Positions 19,744-30,892 of a DNA stretch of 64,000 nt are shown here, one piece after another. The DNA lies in contig CBDAUD010000001.1 in assembly GCA_965200485.1 (NCBI GenBank), positions 123,858-187,857 on the forward strand, written 5' to 3'. This stretch comes from a bacterium (GTDB lineage: Bacteria > JAAXHH01). Every line of letters starts with the position of its first letter. Within the stretch, counting starts at the first letter, position 1. The notes under the pieces were generated by a model that ran no database searches, was not told where the DNA came from, and saw only the letters and a list, made by a program, of their open reading frames with translations. The translations under genes and the position numbers were made by a program.

Positions 19744-21522
19744 TCACGATTTCGGTGTCTGGGCGACCATATCACTGATTCGAGCTACGAAACCGCCCTT
19801 GGCCAAGGACACGACGGGGCTGTTTCGCTGCTTGACGTAGACCAGATTATCGTCACCGGGAAAGGATTTGCCTACCAGGAGCGATATGCGTTCTTCCGGC
19901 ACATCATCCCGGCCACCGACCTGCAGTGTAAGCTCCATGACCGGCCTGTCCAGTCCATAGGAGGCCAGGTCCGCATCGGGATCTGCCGTTACGAAAGCCT
20001 GCGAATACAATGAATCCAGCTCGCTAAAAGCCCGACCAACCGTGATCGCGTCCGCGTCGCCCGTCGCAGGCTCCTCCATTTTCCACACGACTCTTTGCTT
20101 CTGGTCCCGGCGCACACGCACGCGTTCCTCCGGCGTGACCACCTCGAACATGTGGACCTGATAGCCCTTGAACCGCACAATCTTGTTATCGCGCAGGTCC
20201 AGCGCGCTGGTCGGCAGACGCTGCAGCCTGGATGCGTCGACCGCGTAGATCCACTCCTCGGCAGGGTCTAGAACGTACATGAACTGCCCGTCGTCGGAGA
20301 CCGTTCCAACCTGGATATCCTGGGGCTTCATCCGGTCTTCAATCGTAAGGGACAGGCTGGCAACCGGGGTCTCGAAACCATACCTCGCCCTGTTCTCGGA
20401 AGTAGCCGGGATGTGCTCGCGCACTCGCGCGACCTCCAAGCTGTCCAGCATGGCCGTAATGAAACGGTCATTGGCCCGGAGCGCATACGGAGCGGTCATC
20501 CGCCAGTCCTCGAACGCATGCTTGACCAGTGTCACGGACTCGTTTCCCAGGTTCATCGAGAACTCGGGAACCTTGTAGGACTGAAAATCGAAAGCCGTGA
20601 TCCGCCTGTAGAAGTCGGGTTCCCGGTCCAGCTGTTGAAGGATGGCCGTCGAAACCGAATACACGTTGCGTCTTTCACTGGTCATGGCATAGACGCGGCC
20701 CATTTCTTCCTTGCCCAGTGAAATCGTATGTCGGATACTGCCGTCGGCGGATTTCACGGTTGCCTTCATTACCGGATTCGCCAACCCGTATGCTTCAAGC
20801 GAAGCCGGGGCCTCGTCAACGAAGGAGATGGCCGAAGCACCGGTGATGGTGTTTACGGCATTGACCACTTCGTCGCGCTCCGCCGGCAGGCGATACGGCG
20901 CTTCCACCCGCCAGGTCCCCATCGGATCCTTTTTGATGAAGATGCTGCGGTCTCCCTTCTCGAGAACAACCTCTTCCACCAGGTCGCGATCCACCCGCAT
21001 CAGCCCGCGGTCCCGCAGCGCATCGGCCGACCTGCGCAGATTCCCATTGATCTGAGCGGAGATGAGAAACACCCGGCGCGTGCCCTTTTCCAAGGCGTAA
21101 TAGGCCGCGCCCGTGGGATTCACGTCTCCCAAAAGCAGCACCATGGGCTTTTCAAGACCGCGGATCACCTCGACGGACGCCGATGGCGACTCGAGCCCGT
21201 ATTCCGAAAGGGCTTCCGCCGAATCAGCCACGGTGCGGGCCGGGGACAGGTTGGCGAATTCCCGAAGCAACGTCCCCACGATATTCGGATCCGCCGCGTA
21301 TCTGATCGGATCCGTTATCTCCCACCCCTTCGTCGGCACCTTCTCTATTTTGGTGGCGGCGCCGTCCACGGTGACGCTGATCTCGACGACCTCTTCCGCG
21401 TCGATCGCGAACACGCGCTCGGGTTCCGGGATCGGCTCATCCTCGAAAACGACGAAGAAGTAGCCGGTCGCCAGCAATCCCAGCACGACGGCCAGCACGA
21501 TCGTGTAACGCCCACCGCTCAC
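19744..21522 (-). CDS. DUF4340 domain protein (three tandem repeats)
   Basis: N-terminal TM and repeated W-x3-P...YGL-x2-P...LRD units; follows the GldG-like gene as is usual for this module. Confidence 0.8.
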   Translation of the reverse strand: MSGGRYTIVLAVVLGLLATGYFFVVFEDEPIPEPERVFAIDAEEVVEISVTVDGAATKIEKVPTKGWEITDPIRYAADPNIVGTLLREFANLSPARTVADSAEALSEYGLESPSASVEVIRGLEKPMVLLLGDVNPTGAAYYALEKGTRRVFLISAQINGNLRRSADALRDRGLMRVDRDLVEEVVLEKGDRSIFIKKDPMGTWRVEAPYRLPAERDEVVNAVNTITGASAISFVDEAPASLEAYGLANPVMKATVKSADGSIRHTISLGKEEMGRVYAMTSERRNVYSVSTAILQQLDREPDFYRRITAFDFQSYKVPEFSMNLGNESVTLVKHAFEDWRMTAPYALRANDRFITAMLDSLEVARVREHIPATSENRARYGFETPVASLSLTIEDRMKPQDIQVGTVSDDGQFMYVLDPAEEWIYAVDASRLQRLPTSALDLRDNKIVRFKGYQVHMFEVVTPEERVRVRRDQKQRVVWKMEEPATGDADAITVGRAFSELDSLYSQAFVTADPDADLASYGLDRPVMELTLQVGGRDDVPEERISLLVGKSFPGDDNLVYVKQRNSPVVSLAKGGFVARISDMVAQTPKS

Positions 21523-21535
21523 AGCCGCTACGCTC

Positions 21536-23155
21536 CTACCTTCTTCTCCACCATACCATGACGCCAACGATCAGGATGCCAATAGGCGAAAGTATGCCGG
21601 TGACGATAAAGATATCTCGCATCTGGCTCAGCGAAATCTGAACCAGTCTGGTATCGCTCGACTTGGGGCGGATCGCGAGCAGATCCTCCTCCTGGGCGAG
21701 CCAGTTGAAGATGTTCAGGGCCAGATCCCCATTGCCCGGCAGCATGATATAGGCATTGGAGACAAAGGTCGAGTTGCCGACGACCACGATACGTGTTTTC
21801 ACCTCGTGCTCCTCAGGCCGCAGCGCCATCTCCTGAGGCGTCAGCGTGGACATGTCTCTGCGCGGCAGGGCCCTCGGTACGGCTGTTATGGCGACGGCTA
21901 TGGAAACCGGTCCGGACTCGTCTTCCTCCGGATCCAGTTCGGGCGTGTAGGCCATGGCCTCGTCCGGCGTGGCCGGCAGGGTGGATTCCGCCCAGCTGCG
22001 GGTGCCGGTCATGGCAATGGTCTGTATCTCGACCGTGTCGTCGGAAGCCGACGCCGGGGCGATGGATCGGACCAGCGGAAAGAAACTGACCGTATTGCCG
22101 AGTGCCCGCGTGATCGGATGCGCAGGATATTGCATGACGGCAGGCATGTATTCGTTCATGCCCGGCAGGCGACCCACGGCACTCTGATCAATCACCACGT
22201 CTTCCCCGATCTCCACGTTCCATCGCGCAAGCAGTGCGGACAGATCGGCATGTTCGTCCGGATAGTCGGGATTGAGCAGGAACAACGCGCGGCCGCCCCT
22301 GTCGAGGTAGTTGCGAATAGCTTCCTGTTCATTGCCCACCAGGTTGGTCCTGGGACCGGCCACCACCAGTACATTACAGTCCAAAGGTACTTCCACTTCG
22401 CTGAGCAACGAGAAACTCCTGACTACATAACTCTGGTTCTCGAGCAACTGCATGATCCGGTTGTAGCCGGCCTGATCGGTCAGGTTGATATTGTGCTCGC
22501 CGTGGCCTTCCAGGAAGTATATGCTCTTCTGCCCTTCGCGCGTGACCTTGACCAGCGCATTGGTAACGCTCTCTTCCAGGTAACGGTTGATGTGCTCGGT
22601 CTTGCCTTCGCTCTCGAACACGATTGTTCCGTAGGAGGTGATATTGTATTGGCGCGCGATACTAGGCTCGAGGTCCGGATCGATGAACTCGTAGGTGATG
22701 TGATCGGAGTGGTACCGGAACTGGTTCAACATGTCGTCGAGCTGGTGCTGAATCGTGGCGTCCGATCCGCTGGAACGCAGGAATCCCACGATGTGAACGT
22801 CCTGGTCCAGGTCTTCCAGCACGCTGACGGACAGATCCGCGAGGCTGAACCGCTGGTTGGATGTCGTATCGAACCGCTGGGCGTAGCGCGAACCGATCAG
22901 GTTCACGAACGCCAGGATGCCGATGACGAGCAGGACCATGACGGCGGTATTGGCGCCGTATCTCGTCGTACGTCGTCCGAGCAGACTCCACACCCGTTCC
23001 CATTCGAAGACCAGCCAGATTGATCCGAGCGCCAGGCCGGCCAGCAGAACGATCAGAGCCGTACGCGGAACCACCGCATCCGAGGCATATAGATAACCGC
23101 TGACCAGGATCAGGATACAACCCAGGTAACCGGCCGACGATACGAGGTTTTTCAT
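21536..23155 (-). CDS. GldG-like ABC transporter auxiliary component
   Basis: RFDTTSNQRFSL, FIDPD, YFLEGHGE, LVVAGP, YLDRGGR, GNGDLALNIFNWL and a C-terminal TM ending WWRRR. Confidence 0.85.
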   Translation of the reverse strand: MKNLVSSAGYLGCILILVSGYLYASDAVVPRTALIVLLAGLALGSIWLVFEWERVWSLLGRRTTRYGANTAVMVLLVIGILAFVNLIGSRYAQRFDTTSNQRFSLADLSVSVLEDLDQDVHIVGFLRSSGSDATIQHQLDDMLNQFRYHSDHITYEFIDPDLEPSIARQYNITSYGTIVFESEGKTEHINRYLEESVTNALVKVTREGQKSIYFLEGHGEHNINLTDQAGYNRIMQLLENQSYVVRSFSLLSEVEVPLDCNVLVVAGPRTNLVGNEQEAIRNYLDRGGRALFLLNPDYPDEHADLSALLARWNVEIGEDVVIDQSAVGRLPGMNEYMPAVMQYPAHPITRALGNTVSFFPLVRSIAPASASDDTVEIQTIAMTGTRSWAESTLPATPDEAMAYTPELDPEEDESGPVSIAVAITAVPRALPRRDMSTLTPQEMALRPEEHEVKTRIVVVGNSTFVSNAYIMLPGNGDLALNIFNWLAQEEDLLAIRPKSSDTRLVQISLSQMRDIFIVTGILSPIGILIVGVMVWWRRR

Positions 23156-23228
23156 ATGCGGATTGCTCTCCCCTGCCTGATGCGCACCATCCGGGGTGCG
23201 GGCATTTCGGCCTGCGAGTGCATGTGGT

Positions 23229-24002
23229 TTAACCGCGCCAGCGTGTTGACTCCACCGACCGGACCGTGATGAACAGACCCAGGAAGATGAAACTCAGGAA
23301 AAAAACGCAGTCTGTCGAGTCGATGATCCCCTTCTCAAAGGTATTGTAGTGCCTCAGCACGGAAAGGTATCCGACGATCTCCCCCAAAGTGCCCGTCATC
23401 GACTCCGAGGCGAAATCCATCATCCAGAGTATCAGCGCCGCGCCGAAGCAGATCACGGCGGCAACGATCTGGTTCTCCGTCAGCGACGAGGCGAACAACC
23501 CGATGGTGATCACGCCGCCCCCGAGGAGCAGAAGTCCCAGATAGCCTGCCCATATGGGGCCCCAGTCGGGATCGCCGTATATCTGGAGCACCAGCGGATA
23601 GATCATCGTCAGTCCGATCATGGCCGTGTACAGCGTAAAGGCCGCCAGGAATTTGCCCGCGATTACGTGCCAGTCCCTGACCGGCGAGGTCAGCAACAGC
23701 TCGATCGTGCCGGATTTCTTTTCCTCGGAAAAGACCCGCATGGTGAGCATGGGCATAAGCGTCAGCACGGCCACGAAACTCATCGTATTGAAGAGCGGAC
23801 GCATGATCATCTCGTTGATGTTGATCCGTTCCATCATGGGCGGGTACTGAGCGGCCTGCATGAAATACTGGGTATAGTACTGCAAGCTCTGGAAGAACAT
23901 GAAGCTTACGATAAAAATGAATACGGTCGAAAGGGCGTAGAAGATGGGCGAGATGAAATAGGCCCTCAGCTCCCGGCTCCATATGGCCAACATGCCCTGC
24001 AT
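23229..24002 (-). CDS. GldF-like ABC-2 permease
   Basis: RELRAYFISPIFY, PMLTMRVFSEEKKSGTIELLLTSP, GKF and SSLTENQIVAA. Confidence 0.88.
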   Translation of the reverse strand: MQGMLAIWSRELRAYFISPIFYALSTVFIFIVSFMFFQSLQYYTQYFMQAAQYPPMMERININEMIMRPLFNTMSFVAVLTLMPMLTMRVFSEEKKSGTIELLLTSPVRDWHVIAGKFLAAFTLYTAMIGLTMIYPLVLQIYGDPDWGPIWAGYLGLLLLGGGVITIGLFASSLTENQIVAAVICFGAALILWMMDFASESMTGTLGEIVGYLSVLRHYNTFEKGIIDSTDCVFFLSFIFLGLFITVRSVESTRWRG

Positions 24003-24004
24003 CG

Positions 24005-24979
24005 TCAGGCAACCTCCTCTTCCTGCGTCGTCAACTCCAGGAAGATCTCTTCCAGGCTCATACCGAGTGTGGTCAGTTCCAGGAGTTCCCAGTTGTTTTC
24101 GACCACGGACGAAGCCACTGCAGGCCGCAGGTCCTTGCCGGGAACGACGCTGATGTCATATTGCCACAGGCTGTCTCCGAGGGAAGACCTCGTCTTCACT
24201 TCCACAACGCCGTCCTTCTGCTTCAGCATGTCCATCACATCCCTGGCCGGACCCCGAATCTGCGTCGAGATGGATTGCGAACCCCGCAGCCGGGCATCCA
24301 GGTTGGCCGGCGTGTCCCCGGCCACGAGGCGACCCTGATTGATGATGAGCACGCGCTGGCAGGTTTTGCTCACCTCGGGCAGAATGTGGCTGCTGAGAAT
24401 GATGGTATGGTCTCCGGCCAAGCTCTTGATGACCTCCCGGACTTCATTGATCTGCTTGGGATCCAGACCGTTGGTCGGTTCGTCCAGGATCAGGACTTCG
24501 GGATCGTGTATCAGCGCCTGGGCCAGTCCCACCCGCTGCCGAAACCCCTTGGAACAATGCCCGATGATTCGGTTTTCAACCTCTTCCAGAGCGGTCAGCG
24601 CGATTACGCGGTCAACCGCCCTTTTCCGGTCACGGGAAGGAATGTCCTTGATCCTGGCGATAAACTCCAGATAGGGCCGAACCCGCATGTCCAGGTAAAG
24701 CGGTACGTTCTCCGGCAGATAGCCCACTCTGCGTCGCACATCCAGGGATTGGCTGAACGTGTCGAATCCCGCCACGCGGACCGTGCCGGCCGTCGCGGGC
24801 ATAAAGCAGGTGAGCACACGCATCGTGGTGGTCTTGCCAGCCGCGTTCGGTCCGAGAAATCCGAGTATCTCACCCTTCTCCACCTCGAAACTCACGTCCC
24901 GGACGGCGGTGAAATTACCGTATCTCTTTGTCAGATCCCTTACTTCGATCACATCCAGGCTCCCGGTGCCTTCCCGCAA
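24005..24979 (-). CDS. GldA-like ABC ATP-binding protein
   Basis: Walker A GPNAAGKTT, SKGFRQRVGLAQAL, LILDEPTNGLDP and SSHILPEV; alternative GTG start at 24952. Confidence 0.9.
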   Translation of the reverse strand: MREGTGSLDVIEVRDLTKRYGNFTAVRDVSFEVEKGEILGFLGPNAAGKTTTMRVLTCFMPATAGTVRVAGFDTFSQSLDVRRRVGYLPENVPLYLDMRVRPYLEFIARIKDIPSRDRKRAVDRVIALTALEEVENRIIGHCSKGFRQRVGLAQALIHDPEVLILDEPTNGLDPKQINEVREVIKSLAGDHTIILSSHILPEVSKTCQRVLIINQGRLVAGDTPANLDARLRGSQSISTQIRGPARDVMDMLKQKDGVVEVKTRSSLGDSLWQYDISVVPGKDLRPAVASSVVENNWELLELTTLGMSLEEIFLELTTQEEEVA

Positions 24980-25015
24980 CTTGGCGCAAAACGGGTGAGT
25001 TATACAAAGTAACTT

Positions 25016-25044
25016 AATCTACCGCGCAGAGCGATACAAATCAA
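25016..25044 (-). promoter_or_regulatory. Putative internal sigma70 promoter upstream of the Gld-like ABC genes
   Basis: Minus strand TTGATT-N17-TAGATT in the short DUF58-gldA gap. Confidence 0.4.
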
Positions 25045-25054
25045 GCCTTTGTTG

Positions 25055-25936
25055 TCATCGCGCGAATTTGCGTTCGCGCAACCTGAAGAACTGCAACAGC
25101 GGGTCGATATAGGGCTGATCCGTCCGGATGTGGATGGCATCCACGCCGGTAATGCTGAACTGTCTGTCGCGTTCGCTTCGGACGGCCGCGTTGTACTCGG
25201 CGTACTGCCTTCGCCATTCGGGGTCGCCCGTATCGATCAGGACCTCTTCTCCCGATTCCGCGTCTTCCAGTTCGATCAGGCCGACACCGGGCAGGCTGAG
25301 TTCCCGCGGGTCGGCGACCGTGATGGCAACGACATCATGCCGTTTGCTGGCTGCCCGCAGCGGCTTGGTATAGTCCGCGGTCAGAAAATCGGATATGAGG
25401 AAAATGATGGCTTTGCGCGTCAACAGCCGATTCAGGTATTCAAGCGCCTGTGCGATGTCGGTGCCGGTGTGCTCGGGCCGGGCGTATAGCACTTCCCGTA
25501 TCACCCGCAGAATATGGGTGCGGCCCTTCTTCGGCGGGATGAACTGCTCGATCTGGTCCGTGAACATGAGGAGGCCAACACGGTCGTTGTTCTTGATCGC
25601 CGCGTAGGCGAGCAGGGCGCAGATTTCCGCGGTGATCTCACTCTTCAACTGACTTGCCGTACCGAAATGACCCGACGCGCTGACATCCGCCATGAGTATG
25701 ACGGTCAGTTCCCGTTCCTCGATGAAGCGCTTTACGTACGGACGCCCCAGGCGTGCCGTGACGTTCCAGTCGATCGACCGGATTTCGTCGCCCGGTTCGT
25801 ACTCGCGCACCTCGGCGAATTCCATGCCGCGGCCCTTGAAAACGCTGTGGTACTCCCCGCTGAACACGTCGTTCACCAGATGCCTGGTCCGGATCTCGAT
25901 CTGCCGGATCTTCTGGATGATCTGCCTGGGTATCAC
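25055..25936 (-). CDS. DUF58 (VWA-like) MoxR-associated protein
   Basis: GEYHSVFKGRGMEFAEVREYEPGDEIRSIDWNVTAR, EERE, NNDRVG and ISDF; the GTG start overlaps the moxR stop. Confidence 0.92.
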   Translation of the reverse strand: MIPRQIIQKIRQIEIRTRHLVNDVFSGEYHSVFKGRGMEFAEVREYEPGDEIRSIDWNVTARLGRPYVKRFIEERELTVILMADVSASGHFGTASQLKSEITAEICALLAYAAIKNNDRVGLLMFTDQIEQFIPPKKGRTHILRVIREVLYARPEHTGTDIAQALEYLNRLLTRKAIIFLISDFLTADYTKPLRAASKRHDVVAITVADPRELSLPGVGLIELEDAESGEEVLIDTGDPEWRRQYAEYNAAVRSERDRQFSITGVDAIHIRTDQPYIDPLLQFFRLRERKFAR

Positions 25937-26946
25937 GGGATCTCCACACAATCGAAGACGCGCTGCAGGATCTGTTCGGAAGTCATGTCCTCCGCCTCCG
26001 CCTCGTAGGTGATAATGACGCGGTGACGCAGCACATCCATCCCGATCGCCTTGACGTCCTCGGGTGTCACGTAACCCCTGCGTCGAAGGAATGCGTGCGC
26101 ACGCGCGGCGGTGGCGAGGAAGATCGTCGCTCTGGGCGAAGCGCCGTACTCGATCAGGTCGCGGATTTCGCCGAGTTCGCGATAGTCTTCCGGTCGACGG
26201 GTTGCGGAAACCAGCTCCACGATGTACTGCTTGATCTTCTCATCCATGTAGACCTGGTTGATGATGGTTCGCGCCTGGACGACTTCCTCCAGCGATACGA
26301 CCTGCTCCGCTTCCACCGGCTCGCCCGACGTCATGCGGTCCAGGATCTCCAGTTCTTCTTCCTTGCCGGGATAGGTCGCGATCAGCTTGAGCATGAACCG
26401 GTCGACCTGGGCTTCCGGCAAGGGATAGGTCCCCTCCTGCTCAATAGGATTCTGTGTGGCGAGTACGAGGAAGGGATCCTCCAGCGGGAAGGTCTCGTCG
26501 CCTATGGTCACCTGGTGCTCCTGCATGGATTCCAGGAGTGCGCTTTGCACTTTCGCGGGCGCCCGGTTGATCTCGTCCGCCAAGATGAGATGCGCGAAAA
26601 TCGGGCCCTTCTTTGCAACGAACTCGCCACTTCCCGCCTGGTAGATCATGGTGCCGGTCAGATCGGCGGGGAGCAGATCCGGTGTGAACTGTATGCGTTG
26701 GAACCGCGCAGAGACCGTCGAGGCCAGGGTGCGTACGGCTAGGGTTTTGGCCAGGCCCGGCACCCCTTCCAGCAGGATGTGCCCATTGGTCAACAAGCCG
26801 ATCAGGAGACGCTCGATCATGTACTGCTGACCGACGATGACCTTCCCGATCTCCGAGATCAGGCGGTCGACAAAAACGCTCTGCTCGTAGATCCTGTCGT
26901 GGATTGCCTTGATGTCGTCCGGTGATTTCGCTTCTGCTGATCGCAT
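25933..26946 (-). CDS. moxR: MoxR family AAA+ ATPase
   Basis: LEGVPGLAKT, RIQFTPDLLPAD, LADEINRAPAKVQSALLE, ATQNPIEQEGTYPLPEAQVDRF and GASPRA. Confidence 0.96.
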   Translation of the reverse strand: MRSAEAKSPDDIKAIHDRIYEQSVFVDRLISEIGKVIVGQQYMIERLLIGLLTNGHILLEGVPGLAKTLAVRTLASTVSARFQRIQFTPDLLPADLTGTMIYQAGSGEFVAKKGPIFAHLILADEINRAPAKVQSALLESMQEHQVTIGDETFPLEDPFLVLATQNPIEQEGTYPLPEAQVDRFMLKLIATYPGKEEELEILDRMTSGEPVEAEQVVSLEEVVQARTIINQVYMDEKIKQYIVELVSATRRPEDYRELGEIRDLIEYGASPRATIFLATAARAHAFLRRRGYVTPEDVKAIGMDVLRHRVIITYEAEAEDMTSEQILQRVFDCVEIP

Positions 26947-26970
26947 GATGATCCTTCAGTTGGAGGCGGT

Positions 26971-27300
26971 TTAATCGGAGGACGAATCGACCTTCGCGGA
27001 GGCATCGGATTTCGATTTGCCGTCGGACGCATCGGAAGATCCCCCGGAGTCGGACTTGGATCCGCCCGACTTGGATGAAGCGGACTCCGTATCCGCCTTT
27101 TCGGCTTTCTTGTAGTTTTCGCTGCGATAATCCGTGGTATAGAATCCTTCGCCCTTAAACAAAAAGCCCGCACCGCCGCTGATGAGACGCCGCACCACGC
27201 CGCCGCATTTCGGACACGTCGAAAGCGGATCCGCCATGATCGACTGGAATTCCGAGAACTCGTGGCTGCATTCGTTGCAACGGTACTGATAAGTAGGCAT
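26971..27300 (-). CDS. FmdB family zinc-ribbon protein
   Basis: MPTYQYRCNEC...CPKCGG...FKGEGFYTTDY followed by an S/G/K-rich tail. Confidence 0.9.
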   Translation of the reverse strand: MPTYQYRCNECSHEFSEFQSIMADPLSTCPKCGGVVRRLISGGAGFLFKGEGFYTTDYRSENYKKAEKADTESASSKSGGSKSDSGGSSDASDGKSKSDASAKVDSSSD

Positions 27301-27312
27301 GCGTTCCTTCCT

Positions 27313-27349
27313 AACAAAACCGGCGCCGACTGCTACCGCCGACGCCGGT
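27313..27349 (-). terminator. Probable intrinsic terminator after groEL
   Basis: Minus strand ACCGGCGTCGGC-loop-GTCGGCGCCGGT stem followed by TTTGTT. Confidence 0.55.
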
Positions 27350-27381
27350 CCTGACCGTTCCGATCTTTCGGCTGCGGCCTA

Positions 27382-29046
<1,665 letters not shown>

Positions 29047-29096
29047 TCAGGTTCAACCGCAACCGGAACCCGGTTACGGTTCAAGCACGCTGTGAT

Positions 29097-29387
29097 CTAG
29101 GACACGATACCCAGGATGTCTTCTTCACGCATCATGAGGTACTCGTCATCGTCCAGCTTGACTTCCGTACCGGAGTATTTGCCAAAGAGGATCTTGTCGC
29201 CGACCTTGACTTCCAGCGCAACCCGTTCGCCGCTGTCGCCGACGCGTCCGGGGCCGGCCGCCACGACCTGGCCCTGCTGCGGCTTCTCCTTGGCCGTATC
29301 GGGAATGATAATCCCGCCACGCTGTACCTCTTCTTCCTCGAGGCGCTTGACCAGAACGCGATCGCCCAAAGGTTGTACATTCATCAC
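29097..29387 (-). CDS. groS: Co-chaperonin GroES
   Basis: [23 protein letters not shown] and KYSGTEVK. Confidence 0.98.
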   Translation of the reverse strand: MMNVQPLGDRVLVKRLEEEEVQRGGIIIPDTAKEKPQQGQVVAAGPGRVGDSGERVALEVKVGDKILFGKYSGTEVKLDDDEYLMMREEDILGIVS

Positions 29388-29476
29388 TGTCCGCTCCTTT
29401 CAGGTGGGATAGATGATGCTGATTTGGATATCAGCACGATTTCAATTCCGATTCGTTATTCACTGTCAATTTATTG

Positions 29477-29491
29477 GCAAATTTCGTGCCA
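29477..29491 (-). promoter_or_regulatory. Sigma54 (-24/-12) promoter of groESL
   Basis: Minus strand TGGCACGAAATTTGC matches the consensus TGGCACG-N4-TTGC exactly (GG-N10-GC), about 90 nt upstream of groES. Confidence 0.75.
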
Positions 29492-29637
29492 TCATCGGAT
29501 GCGCAATCTGTCGTATCATTTCTCCTGGATTCTTAACACGCTGTAACAGATACGGTTAACGCATCCCGACAGCAAGTCGTTGAACTTAATACCCATACCG
29601 TCCGGACGATTCCATGACGGCCGGAAATCACAATACA

Positions 29638-29695
29638 GCCATTATGGCATGTTCAATATGGCCTGTTAATGTCAATTTAATTGCGCCTTTATGGC
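29638..29695. promoter_or_regulatory. Putative upstream activator sites (palindromes)
   Basis: GCCATTATGGC (29638-29648) and GCCTTTATGGC (29685-29695), 150-200 nt upstream of the sigma54 element. Confidence 0.4.
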
Positions 29696-29836
29696 AAGTC
29701 AAGGTCGTTTCAGAATTCTGTATTGTCAACGAACCGCGATGCGATATCTTGTATAATCTGATTCGGGAAACGACAGTCCGAAGTTGCCATTCCCGACCAA
29801 ATCCAAAAGATCGAAAGAGACCGGAGGAGTCGGCGC

Positions 29837-30877
29837 ATGCCTGTAGTTCCTTATGAAACACTGAACAGTCTGAGCCGCGAGATTTTCGAGGCGACCGGCA
29901 TCCCCAGAGAAGACGCGCATATTCTCGCCGATCATCTGACGACCAGCAACCTGCTGGGTCATGATTCCCATGGCGTGTGGTTCCTTCCGCGGTACGTCCC
30001 GGGCCTGCGGTCGGACTACCGTCCATGGGAAGAGCATACCGTGCTCGTGGACCGCTCCGGCTTCGCGCAGATCGACGGGAAAGGCGCCAATGGTATCGTG
30101 GCGGTGACCAAGGCCCTGTCGCTGGCCGTGGCAAAGGCGCGGAACGCCACGGTCGGCATGGTCGCCCTGAGAAACGTCAGCCATATCGGTCGACTGGGGG
30201 ATTTTCCTCCAAGAATAGCCGAACAAGGCATGATCGGCATGGTCGGGTTGAACGGCGGCGGCGAATTCGTAGCGCCCTTCGGTAGCGCCGATCGACGCCT
30301 GCGGCCCGAGCCCGTGGCCTTCGCCGTGCCGCGCGAAAAGGGTCCGCCGCTGATGCTGGACATGACGCTCAGCGTGGTCGCCGGCGGGAAGGTGGAGCAG
30401 AAGATCGAACGCGGAGAACCGATGCCCGACGGCTGGCTGATCGACCAGCAGGGACGCTACGTGAATGACGGGAGCCGGTACCACGCCGAGCCGGACCAGG
30501 TTGCCGTACTGCCGCTGGGCGGTTTGCAGTTCGGTCACAAGGGACACGGACTGGCCATGATGATCGAGATGATCATCGGCCCCCTGTCGAATGCCGGGTG
30601 TACGGGGGGCAAGGGCGGCGGCGGGATCCTCATCGCAGCAATGGACATAGCGGCGTTCATGGATCTGGATGCGTACAAGGCGGAAATCGAAGCCCATGTC
30701 GCCTACGTGGGTTCGGCGAAACCGTTGCCGGGATTCGACAAAGTCCACGCCCCCGGCGAGATAGAGGAGGTGGTGCGGCGGCAGCGGCTCGCCGAAGGCA
30801 TCTATATACCCGACAAGACCTGGAACACGATCGGCGACACGGCCGATGAGATGGGCGTCGCAATGCCCGTGATTTAG
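29837..30877 (+). CDS. Ldh_2 family (type 2 malate/L-lactate/sulfolactate-like) oxidoreductase
   Basis: GHDSHG, SHIGRLG, VAPFG, LDMTLSVVAGGK, GHKGHGL and PGE. Confidence 0.88.
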   Translation: MPVVPYETLNSLSREIFEATGIPREDAHILADHLTTSNLLGHDSHGVWFLPRYVPGLRSDYRPWEEHTVLVDRSGFAQIDGKGANGIVAVTKALSLAVAKARNATVGMVALRNVSHIGRLGDFPPRIAEQGMIGMVGLNGGGEFVAPFGSADRRLRPEPVAFAVPREKGPPLMLDMTLSVVAGGKVEQKIERGEPMPDGWLIDQQGRYVNDGSRYHAEPDQVAVLPLGGLQFGHKGHGLAMMIEMIIGPLSNAGCTGGKGGGGILIAAMDIAAFMDLDAYKAEIEAHVAYVGSAKPLPGFDKVHAPGEIEEVVRRQRLAEGIYIPDKTWNTIGDTADEMGVAMPVI

Positions 30878-30892
30878 CAAACAGGAGCGGTT

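Noticed and set aside
29388-29836. CIRCE/HrcA operator upstream of groES
   Set aside because: No TTAGCACTC-N9-GAGTGCTAA match was found by eye.
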